From the NCBI GenBank assembly GCA_019057815.1, contig JAHLWR010000010.1:73732-137731 (forward strand): 64,000 bases of DNA, written 5' to 3'. Shown here one piece after another: positions 21,629-31,316 of the stretch. Position numbers and translations under genes: made by a program. Below the pieces are notes generated by a model. The model saw only the letters and a program-made list of their open reading frames with translations, made no database searches and was not told where the DNA came from. How positions within the stretch are numbered: position 1 is the stretch's first letter; the number at the start of each line of letters is the position of its first letter. Source of the stretch: Candidatus Heimdallarchaeota archaeon (GTDB lineage Archaea > Asgardarchaeota > Heimdallarchaeia > Heimdallarchaeales > Heimdallarchaeaceae).

Positions 21629-21830
21629 GAAGAAACCTATTCCAAAACTAGTAGAGATACTCTACAATTTTTTTACTTCTAAAGAGTAAAAAGAAAAACT
21701 GGATAGGTTAACTTATTCAAAAAATAAACTTACAAATTGGAATTCTTACTTTTGAAGGAATTGCTGTTAAGGTTGTTAAAAATCTGTATTACTCATCAAG
21801 AACTAAAGAAAATACACTAAAACTCTCATT

Positions 21831-23255
21831 TCAAAACAATTGTGTGATTCGTCGCAGAAAATCTATAAGATGCTCCCTCGCTTTGTTCATAACGCTTTTT
21901 TTCATTTCCTCTGCATCAATACTTACCAATTCTGCAAGATCTGCACCTAAAACATCTCTATCTGCTGAAAAAAGTTCAACATCCTTTATGTTTTTATCTA
22001 GTTCTTTTTCATATTCTAGGATTTTTTCAGTTTCTCCTTTTGATATATAAAGAAACTCTAATGCTATTATTTGTTTTATTGTTTCAATTTTGTTTTTTTG
22101 CTTTCTCGCTATTTTCAAGATTTTTTTAAGATTCTTTTCCAACAATTCGTTTTTTTCTCCTAAGATATAGAAATACGAAGCTAAGCTCGTTGTTTGAAAA
22201 TAAATTGAATATAGGTTAAACTCCAGTGCTAGCTCTAAGGCCGTTTCTATTAACTCAAATGCTTCCTCACTCTTTTCTTTTTCGAAGTTTAGTAATGCTT
22301 CTAAGCTTGTTGACCAGATCAAATAAAAGTATGATTCTTTCTCTTCCGCTAGTTTTGTCAGTCTTTGAATAATTATTTCTGTTTCGCTGTATTTTTCCAT
22401 AAGAAAAGTTACAAAACCTAATCTTAGATATATTTCAGGTAATATATCCTTTATCCCACTTTTTTCGAGAATCGCTCTAGCCACATTTAAATGGTCGTAT
22501 GCATCAAAGATTTTTTTCTCTTTTATTAAAATTGCTCCTTTTTCTGAATGTGCTCCTGCCATCTCTCTTTTTAGCGTTTTTTCTTCTGAATATTTTAACG
22601 CCTGATCGACAGCTTCGTGAGCTTCAGTAAATCTCCCAATGTTGCTATAGAACCGCCCAGCATTTACTTTAGCTATCACCCATCCATTCCAATTGTTACT
22701 TTCCTCTTTTTGTTTTATCGCCTCTTCCACTAATTCAATTGCTTTCCTATATTCTCCCAATTGATTATTAGTTAAAGCAAGACTATTCAATATTGAATCA
22801 TTTGGTACATCCTTCTCTTTACTTATTTCTAGTGCCCTCAAATAAATCTCATGAGCTTCCATGATTTTTCCAGAATAAAAGAAAGTGTGCCCATAATTAG
22901 CCATTATAATAGGGTAAGAATCTAGTTCTTCAAGAGTGTTAACTTCTTTAAATAAGTATTCAAAGACATTTCTCGCTTTGTCAAATTTTCCTTGTGCAGA
23001 ATAACAATTAGCTTGTAACGAAAGAGTTGAACTCAGAATCTCTTTATCATAATCCTTTGCCCATTCAATAACTTCTTGAGCTATAGAATGAGCTTCTTCT
23101 AGATTACCAAGTAAGAAATTTGCTTTGGCTACAATACAACTTATTCTTATAAAATCTTTTTTAGATAGATTTTCTACTTCAAGATCATTGTATTTCTGCA
23201 AAATTTCACTATGCTTTTTTTCACTTTCTAATTCTTGAAACGTTTGTAAGTTCAT
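21831..23255 (-). CDS. TPR-repeat protein
   Basis: 474 aa. Repeated 34-residue A/Y/L/G patterns. Confidence 0.7.
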   Translation of the reverse strand: MNLQTFQELESEKKHSEILQKYNDLEVENLSKKDFIRISCIVAKANFLLGNLEEAHSIAQEVIEWAKDYDKEILSSTLSLQANCYSAQGKFDKARNVFEYLFKEVNTLEELDSYPIIMANYGHTFFYSGKIMEAHEIYLRALEISKEKDVPNDSILNSLALTNNQLGEYRKAIELVEEAIKQKEESNNWNGWVIAKVNAGRFYSNIGRFTEAHEAVDQALKYSEEKTLKREMAGAHSEKGAILIKEKKIFDAYDHLNVARAILEKSGIKDILPEIYLRLGFVTFLMEKYSETEIIIQRLTKLAEEKESYFYLIWSTSLEALLNFEKEKSEEAFELIETALELALEFNLYSIYFQTTSLASYFYILGEKNELLEKNLKKILKIARKQKNKIETIKQIIALEFLYISKGETEKILEYEKELDKNIKDVELFSADRDVLGADLAELVSIDAEEMKKSVMNKAREHLIDFLRRITQLF

Positions 23256-23508
23256 ATAACCCCCTTTTTCCAGTTTATGGCTTACACCAAATAATGCAAA
23301 TTTTTTGAAATATAAATGCTTTAGTCAAAAAAAATGCATGTTTTTGTCTAACAAACTAAGTTATCTTTTCAGCTGAATGACTATGAAAATATATTAAATT
23401 AAAATGTTTGCATTGTTTTTATTGTGTTCTTATTTTCTGCAATAGTGAAATATTCTTGTATACCTCATTAATTTTGAAAACTAATAGGCTTGATTCTTTC
23501 AGAAAATA

Positions 23509-24003
23509 ATGATAAACATATTCGACACATTAGCGGAAATAAGCATAAAAGAGCTGGAAAACAAAGAATTAACATCTCAAGAGCTTAAATTTATTCATCA
23601 CGTTGGTAAGGATTTATTGTATATTTCGTTATTTAGAACTGCTAATGGTGATGATATTACTAGTGAAGCTGATAAACGAACTGCTCTAATAGCTGACGTA
23701 TTTACAGATCCTAATACAAATCAAGTACTGGAAGTAGCAGTGGGAAATCCATTTTTGATCTATGTTATTGTACAAGATCATGCAGGACAATTGTATCTTA
23801 CTAGGGGAGTAACACTTTCTTACTACGAATTCAAGCAACCCTATAATGAACGCTTAACAGATGAAGAATGGCAATTAATGTTAGATTCATCTCCACCTGA
23901 TTTTCCTGAGTGGATATCCGAGAATATTCCTTTAAACACAATCAGGGGAATATCTCCGATAAAAGTATTTGCTATACATGTTAATCGAACCAGAATGGAG
24001 TGA
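23509..24003 (+). pseudogene. duplicated C-terminal fragment of the 743-aa gene
   Basis: 164 aa, about 95% identical to the C-terminus of 17504-19735. No N-terminal part upstream. Confidence 0.6.
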
Positions 24004-24274
24004 ACTTTTCCTTTTTTTATTGTTTATACATTTTTCATCTCCCATTCACTTGGATTAATGAAATTTGACAACTAAAAATGAAATTTTTTTACTTCAATGA
24101 GTAAAAAGAAAAAATTGTATAAGTTAACTTATTAAAAACTGTTATCTACTTCTTGATAGTTTATTAGAAAATTATACCAAATGAGAAAGGTTTACTAGAA
24201 AAAAATGTTAGGGATATAAAGTTCCCTTCAGTATGTTTTTCCAATAGTTCTGGTGTATCGTTTTAATTCATTCT

Positions 24275-25693
24275 TTACTTTCCCTTTTCTAAGAGTTTTC
24301 TGATTCTTTCTTCTTTTTTAGACACAGTTTCATCTACAAGTTTTTCAACTTTTTTTCTAATAATTTCCATTGCTTTCTTCTGAGCTTCTTCGTTAGAAGG
24401 TAATTTTGCAACGATTTTTGGTTTTAATTTATCCAATGTTGTATTGATTATATTATTCTTTAATTTAAACAGTTCTACGTCTTCTTCTTCAGCTTTGTCT
24501 TCAACTACCTCAATTACTTCAGTTACATCTTCAGCAACTTCTTTGGCTTCCTCAGTTACCTCAATATCTTCCTCAACAACGGTTTCCTCAACAACAGCTT
24601 CGATTACTTCAGCTAAATCTTCTAATACCTCGACATCTTCTTCTTCGACGGTTTCCTCAGCTACCTCAACGGTTTCCTCAGCTACCTCAACAGCTTCCTC
24701 AACATCAACAGCTTCAATTACTTCAGCTAAGTCCTCTAGTACCTCGACATCTTCTTTGACGACTTCTTCAGCTACCTCGACGACTTCTTCAGCTACCTCG
24801 ACGACTTCCTCAGCTACCTCGACGACTTCCTCAGCTTCCTCGACAACTTCCTCAGCTTCCTCGACAACTTCCTCAGCTTCCTCGACAACTTCCTCAGCTA
24901 CTTCGGAGATTTCTTCAGCTACTTCGGAGATTTCTTCAGCTACTTCGGAGATTTCTTCAGCTACTTCGGAGACTTCTTCAGCTACTTCGGAGACTTCTTC
25001 AGCTACTTCGGAGACTTCTTCAGCTACTTCGGAGACTTCTTCAGCTTCTTCGACGACTTCTTCAGCTTCTTTGACGACTTCTTCAGCTACCTCGACGACT
25101 TCCTCAGCTACTTCAACAACTTCCTCAGCTTCCTCGACAGCGTCCTCTGTTATTTCCCTTTCTTCAAGAACTTTTTCTATCAATTTTCCAATTTGTTCTT
25201 CTATTTTTGATACAGCTGTGTCTACAAGTTTTTCAATTGCTTTTTCAGCTAGTTCCATCGTTTTCTTTCTAACTTTCTCATTAGAGGGCATTAATTCCTC
25301 AATTTTTGGTCCTACTGCATCCATAATGGTCTTTGTTAGCGCATCCTTTATCTTATCCATTCCTAGTTCCTTGATTGTCTCAAGATTAAGTTTCACAGGT
25401 TCAAGTTCTTCAATTGTTTCTTTGATCTCTGCTTCAAGTTTGTTAATTGTTTCTTGTATTTCTTTAATCTTATCTGCATCTGTTTCTTCTTCTTTCTTAT
25501 TTTTCTCCTCTTCTTGTTTACGGCCATTCTTTGCAATTGTCTTGTATTTTTCATTCACTAGTTCTTTTAATTTGTCAGTATATTGTTGTATGAATGGAGG
25601 GATATAATCTTCAATTATCTGTTGTATCTCATCTACCATTTCTTGATCTATCGGATTTTTAGGAGCTTTATCTTTAATCTTTTTAAACATCAT
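24275..25693 (-). CDS. acidic coiled-coil protein with long (EEV[VS]EVA)n pentapeptide tandem array
   Basis: 472 aa. Homologous K/E-rich N- and C-terminal modules flank about 45 pentapeptide repeats. Confidence 0.55.
   Translation of the reverse strand: MMFKKIKDKAPKNPIDQEMVDEIQQIIEDYIPPFIQQYTDKLKELVNEKYKTIAKNGRKQEEEKNKKEEETDADKIKEIQETINKLEAEIKETIEELEPVKLNLETIKELGMDKIKDALTKTIMDAVGPKIEELMPSNEKVRKKTMELAEKAIEKLVDTAVSKIEEQIGKLIEKVLEEREITEDAVEEAEEVVEVAEEVVEVAEEVVKEAEEVVEEAEEVSEVAEEVSEVAEEVSEVAEEVSEVAEEISEVAEEISEVAEEISEVAEEVVEEAEEVVEEAEEVVEEAEEVVEVAEEVVEVAEEVVEVAEEVVKEDVEVLEDLAEVIEAVDVEEAVEVAEETVEVAEETVEEEDVEVLEDLAEVIEAVVEETVVEEDIEVTEEAKEVAEDVTEVIEVVEDKAEEEDVELFKLKNNIINTTLDKLKPKIVAKLPSNEEAQKKAMEIIRKKVEKLVDETVSKKEERIRKLLEKGK
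24480..25140. repeat. 15-nt (5-codon) tandem repeat array inside CDS
   Basis: Reiterated cttc(a/c)gctac(c/t)tc(g/a)ac(g/a)a units. Confidence 0.8.
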
Positions 25694-26194
25694 AATCCAC
25701 CTCTATCTTTTTTCTTACTTCCTTGTATCTTTTTCAATTTTAATACATATAAAAATAGTTCATCATAAATATAAAAGTTGGGTAGGCTTGAAATAAACTA
25801 GTAAAGCAAATATCTATGTCATATATCTAGCATTAGTGATTTTGATTGCCCTTTTCTTAAGTTAACTATTCTTTGATAAAGTTTTAAATCAAAAGTGAAT
25901 ATTTATAATCTATATTGTTTCCACTATCAACAAATTTGGATAGTGAATTGTTTGGCTAATGAAGAAAGCTCGAATCTTAATCCAACTTTGGAAGCTTGGA
26001 AACTGTTTCTTAGTAATTTCGCACAAAGTTACGTTGATTTTTTTCATTGGTTCAAAAATCTTATAGTCCCTGGTGTTAGTAAAGCTAGACTAGGGGAGTT
26101 TTCCACTTCTGTTTTCCGAACTTATGTTAACTTCTTTCTATGGCTTCAGAAATTTTTTCTTCATCAAAGAAGAACTTCTGATGTACTTAAAGTT

Positions 26195-27049
26195 ATGTTG
26201 AATATTGAAACCTTAAGTGCTTATTTTAACAATCTTCGTCCCACTCCTATAAGTACAAAAATAATCGAAAGCGCTCATCCTTTTCATTTAGATGGCGATA
26301 CTGAAAATGGAATACTGCTAGTTCATGGTTTCTGCTCTAATCCTTCTGAAATGCGAGAGTTAGCAGAATTATTAAACAGAAAAGGCTTTACAGTTGAAGC
26401 AATACTATTGAAAGGTCATGGAACATCAGTTCGAGATCTTTCTACAACTGAATTTGTAGATTGGTATGAATCTGTATTGAATGGTTACGACATGCTTTCT
26501 TCAAAATGCTCGAAAATCTTTGTTCTTGGCCATTCCATTGGTGGAACATTGTCTCTCCTTCTTGCTGCTAATAGAAAAGTGGAAGCAATAATCAGCTTCT
26601 GTGCTCCTATTGATCTAGGGAAGTTCTATCACGGTTTACCTATTCCCCTTCTAACTTATTTCTCAAAATTCGTTAGTAAGTGGCCTATGATGAAGAAATT
26701 TACAAAATTGCACGACGATGCAGGAATAGAAGCTTATCATTTTTCAAGTTTACCTGGTGTTGTCGAGTTGTTTAATTTAATGGAGGTAACTCGCGAAGAG
26801 TTAAACAAAGTTGAAGCTCCTTTGTTGATTGTTGGTGCCTCTCATGACTTTAATGTCCCTTTATCAAATATGAATTTACTAGAACAAGTTGTTAAAAGCA
26901 AAAGAGTTGAAACGTTTACAGCTTCAAGATCAGGGCACACTGTTCTTTTTGATGCAGATAAAGAGAAAATATTTCAAAAAGTGTTAACATTTCTCGAATC
27001 TGTTACGAATGAAAAAAAGTTTAAAAACAATACTAGTGATGAAAAATGA
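26195..27049 (+). CDS. alpha/beta-hydrolase (esterase/lysophospholipase-like)
   Basis: HGFCSN ... GHSIGG is the GxSxG nucleophile elbow. The start is placed at internal Met MLNIE. The tracked ORF opens at 25895. Confidence 0.7.
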   Translation: MLNIETLSAYFNNLRPTPISTKIIESAHPFHLDGDTENGILLVHGFCSNPSEMRELAELLNRKGFTVEAILLKGHGTSVRDLSTTEFVDWYESVLNGYDMLSSKCSKIFVLGHSIGGTLSLLLAANRKVEAIISFCAPIDLGKFYHGLPIPLLTYFSKFVSKWPMMKKFTKLHDDAGIEAYHFSSLPGVVELFNLMEVTREELNKVEAPLLIVGASHDFNVPLSNMNLLEQVVKSKRVETFTASRSGHTVLFDADKEKIFQKVLTFLESVTNEKKFKNNTSDEK

Positions 27050-27510
27050 ATACCGAGATAAAAGAAGAAACTAATCTTGAAAAATATAAATGGTGGGTAA
27101 CACCAATCAATTTACTTGTTATTTCTGGATTTCTAGTAGTCATTGATTTAGTTACTGGTAACCCACAAGGAAGTCTAGAATGGGTTCAATGGCCGGCGAT
27201 AGGATTGATGCTTATTTATGCTATGAATGTTATTGTTGTAAAAAAACCTGAGATGGCTTGGTTCGTGGGACCAGCCTTTTTCTTATTTCTAGCGATATTT
27301 CTGTTAATTTTAGATCTAGTCTATGGTCCTAATGAGGGATTGCTTTTCACGGATTGGGCCCTCATACCTGTTGGTGCGCTTCTTGCATTCGGAACAATAA
27401 TACCAGTAATAGTGCATCTAGGTAAAAGAAAAAAACCTCCAAGAATGCGATTAGAGGAATTTAAGCAAAAAATGCAAATTCAAGAGGATACTGACGTTGA
27501 GAAAGAATAA
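27046..27510 (+). CDS. small polytopic membrane protein
   Basis: 154 aa with four hydrophobic helices. Overlaps the upstream stop by 4 nt. Confidence 0.5.
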   Translation: MNTEIKEETNLEKYKWWVTPINLLVISGFLVVIDLVTGNPQGSLEWVQWPAIGLMLIYAMNVIVVKKPEMAWFVGPAFFLFLAIFLLILDLVYGPNEGLLFTDWALIPVGALLAFGTIIPVIVHLGKRKKPPRMRLEEFKQKMQIQEDTDVEKE

Positions 27511-27586
27511 CAAATATTTAGCCTTTTCTAATAAAAGGGAAACTTAAGGTAATATCAACTAAGAGTATTTTCTTTCATATGTCTAA

Positions 27587-28101
27587 TTAATATTGGAAGG
27601 ACAAATCATGAATGTCTAAACCAGTCTTCCATTTTTTGCTTTCTTTTTTCTCTTCTAAACCCATAAAAAGTTCAATATGCCCAACAGTCTTGAAACCCAA
27701 CTGATAGAATATTTTCATCGCTTCTTTATTTCTAGCTACTGGTCTTATGGACAGATATTTCGTACCCTTTCTCTTGCATGATTGATGATAAACTTTAGTA
27801 ACTTCCCACCTATTCCTTGTTTCCGATGTGCTTTGCTAATTACTATTGGCTCTACTTCAGCTTCTTTCCCTTTAACAATTAATCCTACCAAACCTACAAT
27901 TTCTCCATCCACTTCAGCCACCCAGATATCTTCTGTCCCATATTCTTCTATGTGTGTGTTGAATATTTGACCTGGATTCTCACCTCCTATGGAAGAATCA
28001 GCATATATTTCCTGATGATATTCAGTTAGTTCAGTCCACAAGTTCTGACACGAATCATTATCAGAATCATTGTATTTTCTAATTATCAGTCCTTCTAACA
28101 T
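27587..28101 (-). pseudogene. GNAT acetyltransferase interrupted by a frameshift near 27750
   Basis: The tracked ORF stops after ...RERVRNICP. A -1 frame continues ...LSIRPVARNKEAMKIFYQLGFKTVGHIELF..., the expected GNAT C-terminus. Confidence 0.5.
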
Positions 28102-28446
28102 TTCTTTTCACAAGAGGTTCCTTTGTATAGAATTAAAACTTTCTTCAATATTTCATATTAACATTCTTTCGATTGACAAATGCTAAAGAAACTCATTTTT
28201 AATAGACAACTATAGCTTTTTCAGGCAGGTCAAAGATTAGTTTAATGTCGCGAATATTATCATCCTCGCGAAAAATAGAGAACGAAAGGACTATCAAAAG
28301 ATAGATTATTTATGAATGATCTAAGTGTATTAGTTTTATGGTATTTTTTGTATGTGTTTTTACCTTTTCAATTCATTTCAATAAATCTTATATTTCTACA
28401 ATAACATTTTCTTCAGTTTCTCAAATTTGAGAAAGGAGATTTTAAA

Positions 28447-31164
28447 ATGAAAAAAACGAAGAAAAAAGCATTATTAGTTTTTTGTATATTATTTACAAGT
28501 TTAATCTTTAATTTTCCTGCAATTTTAGCAGATTCTGTAAATAATGACTCATTAGACAACTCTGATACAATCAATACTACGATTGTTTCATCAAAGAAAA
28601 TTATTAATAGAAATTTGAAAAATATTCAGTCAGAATTATCTTATTCTTTTGGTACACCTAACAATAACCTCTTTGATTTTGAAAAACCATACCCAGCATA
28701 TTCTGACAGTGTTTCTGCAATAAATCGCTTAGAAGTTATGAACCAAGAAATAATCTCCATAGATAAATCAACAGATATGAAACTAACAGTAGACAATACC
28801 CCCACCTATATACAAATTTACTTTGAAAGACTAGATGGTAATATTACTACTTATGGCTTAGCAGGTGAAACACTTGAAGTTCATGTAATAGTCAAGGGTT
28901 TGATCAGTTCTGGAGATACATTAAATCTTGATGTTAGAAGAGACATAGTGTCATTTCCAGATTCTGATTTATACAATGGTTACTATGATTTTACTTCGGA
29001 CCTATTAGGTTCGGAAAGCTTGCACATATACTGGACTATTACTCTTGATCCCAATCAAGACGATTTTGGTCTTGGTTTTGGAGATATCAGGTCATATTTC
29101 TTGATTGTCTATTTAGACTCAGAACCCACATTATTTGATGGTAGTGGCGTTAATACACATCGACTTTGGATGTGCGGAGACTTGATGCTTTATGGAGTTC
29201 AGTATTACAATTATACTACTGAAGGTGATTGGGTACCCGTTTCTTATTCGATTCCTGGATGGGATATCTTTGTTACATTTTATGTCGCTGTTGTTAATGC
29301 ACCTATCTGGGGTTTTGACATTCAAGGAGTTATCAAAGCAGATGTAGTATGGGGAATAGATGAAACACTCTACTCTGATGACGAGAAAACAATATCAGGT
29401 TTGATAGAACCAGGAATCTACTATTATAATTGGAGCGATACAGGTGGTAATCCATACTATTTCACTGTTCCTGATCGATCTTATGGTAACTTACCTGGAG
29501 ATACGCGATGTCTTTTTGGTGTACTTTTCATGGATTCTAACGAAATCCCATCATTAGATCCCGATTACACGAGGGACGAACTTCATATCATTCCTAATAC
29601 TATTGCTCAACCACCAATTGTTCAAATAGAACTACCTTTGGATGGTTATGTTACTTATAACGACACTCTATCATTGTCCGTTGATTTGATTGATCCAAAT
29701 TCAAATTACGACATAACATCGGTTGAAATTCTCGTTGAGGGGATTTGGTTGGATGCAACAGCTTTCTATGATACAACATTAGGACGTTTAGATGTTTACG
29801 TTACTAATGCTTTTACAACTGATGGGATAAAGAATATCACTGTTAAAGCTGAAGATTCTAATGGTAACATAGGATTTGATTCTGTTATTATTCAATACTT
29901 CACCTATGGATACTTCTTCCCTCAAGATTACACTATTGAAAATCGAAAAGAAAGTTTAGACATATTTGCTGAAGAGTTTAGATATGATCATCTATTCAAT
30001 TGGGGTGATGAAGAAAATAACATAACAATAACACCATATTTCGCTGTATCGATTGAAGCAACAGTAGATTATGAGTTATTATTAGCCTATCCTACATCTG
30101 CAAGCCCAGGGCAAGACTTTACTGCGTATCTAAAGGTTGCAAATCCTGAAATTCATTTATCAATAGTTTTGGATTTAGGAGTTGAATATACTTTTAGTTC
30201 AGGAGAGAATTATTATTTTGGTTCTAGCAGCCTGTATGAAAAGGAAGTTTCGAAAAGTTTAGCTTTAGGTTTTGGAGTGTTTCGTATAGATTTACGCGAC
30301 ATCTCTCCTTTAATAGCTTCAATAACACATCTAGAGATTGAAACAAAAGATTTCCTACCTGATTTTATAGACTGGTTAGCTAACTTCAAATTCGAAATAG
30401 ATTTCATACCATTGCTCAAAATTAAGAATCTACTATCATTCGATATCAGCGGAATTAATTGCAACCCGAGTTTTTCTTCACTCTCTATAACTACAGATTC
30501 CTTATATTCTATACCTTGCGCCATTTCTGCGGCTACAAGTGGTGAAGATGAAGTTACACTTACTCTTAACAACTTTAGCATCGATGCAGCTGCGGGTTTT
30601 GAAGCGTATTGCCAGATGACTTTTTCAGGTAAACTTCTTGGAATTCCCATAGGCCCTATTGACGTAAACGAATGGCTCTTTGATTATTTTGGCATAAAAG
30701 TTCCTTATCTGGATGTATGGTTATTAGGCTCAACACTACCTTTTGGTAGTACGGTTTCTGTGATGTTCCCACTTACCCCAGTATCATTATCAGTGAAAAT
30801 AATAGATATGTTTTATTCGCTAGATAATATAACATACAAATTCGAACTAAAAGATGTTAATGATAATACAATTTCAGGAGCAATGTTTCAAGTAGATGAT
30901 TATTCACAGACTTACCTAGGGACAGAAGAAACTTCAGGAATTTACGTAGTGGTTATGGATTACTATGATCAACCGGAAACAATAACTCTAACAGTTTCAA
31001 AAACAGGATACATCACATTAGTGACAAGTATTGAGCTTTATGTAGACCCACCAGCTGTAACAAAGGCTGTAATCTGGGAATACACATTGGTGTCGATAGG
31101 GATTGTAGCTCTTGTAGCTTCAGTAGCAACTATTATCATTTTTAGATTTAGAAGAAGAGTGTAA
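28447..31164 (+). CDS. large cell-surface protein
   Basis: 905 aa. Signal peptide KKALLVFCILFTSLIFNFPAILA, N/T/D/Y-rich ectodomain, C-terminal TM plus basic tail. Confidence 0.65.
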   Translation: MKKTKKKALLVFCILFTSLIFNFPAILADSVNNDSLDNSDTINTTIVSSKKIINRNLKNIQSELSYSFGTPNNNLFDFEKPYPAYSDSVSAINRLEVMNQEIISIDKSTDMKLTVDNTPTYIQIYFERLDGNITTYGLAGETLEVHVIVKGLISSGDTLNLDVRRDIVSFPDSDLYNGYYDFTSDLLGSESLHIYWTITLDPNQDDFGLGFGDIRSYFLIVYLDSEPTLFDGSGVNTHRLWMCGDLMLYGVQYYNYTTEGDWVPVSYSIPGWDIFVTFYVAVVNAPIWGFDIQGVIKADVVWGIDETLYSDDEKTISGLIEPGIYYYNWSDTGGNPYYFTVPDRSYGNLPGDTRCLFGVLFMDSNEIPSLDPDYTRDELHIIPNTIAQPPIVQIELPLDGYVTYNDTLSLSVDLIDPNSNYDITSVEILVEGIWLDATAFYDTTLGRLDVYVTNAFTTDGIKNITVKAEDSNGNIGFDSVIIQYFTYGYFFPQDYTIENRKESLDIFAEEFRYDHLFNWGDEENNITITPYFAVSIEATVDYELLLAYPTSASPGQDFTAYLKVANPEIHLSIVLDLGVEYTFSSGENYYFGSSSLYEKEVSKSLALGFGVFRIDLRDISPLIASITHLEIETKDFLPDFIDWLANFKFEIDFIPLLKIKNLLSFDISGINCNPSFSSLSITTDSLYSIPCAISAATSGEDEVTLTLNNFSIDAAAGFEAYCQMTFSGKLLGIPIGPIDVNEWLFDYFGIKVPYLDVWLLGSTLPFGSTVSVMFPLTPVSLSVKIIDMFYSLDNITYKFELKDVNDNTISGAMFQVDDYSQTYLGTEETSGIYVVVMDYYDQPETITLTVSKTGYITLVTSIELYVDPPAVTKAVIWEYTLVSIGIVALVASVATIIIFRFRRRV

Positions 31165-31316
31165 ATCTAAATACCCTTTATCTTTTTTTCTCTCATAGTA
31201 AGTAAACAATTAATAGCCCTATGTTTGATTTTTTCTTACAAAATTCTTTTTTGTCAAATTTTTACTAACTTATTTCAAAGCTAAAGTTTGAAAAAGATAT
31301 ATAGGTTTTGACTTAT

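Noticed and set aside
24444-25607. 387-aa plus-strand ORF, Ser/Thr-rich low complexity
   Set aside because: It is the antisense reading of the tandem repeat inside the minus-strand acidic protein gene. The minus ORF is longer, has non-repetitive terminal domains and a plausible start. The plus ORF is probably a repeat artefact, though expression data would be needed.
25895-26194. Upstream 100 codons of the alpha/beta-hydrolase ORF
   Set aside because: The N-terminal extension is hydrophobic low-complexity without hydrolase motifs. An internal Met at 26195 gives a standard-length esterase, so the extension is probably not translated.
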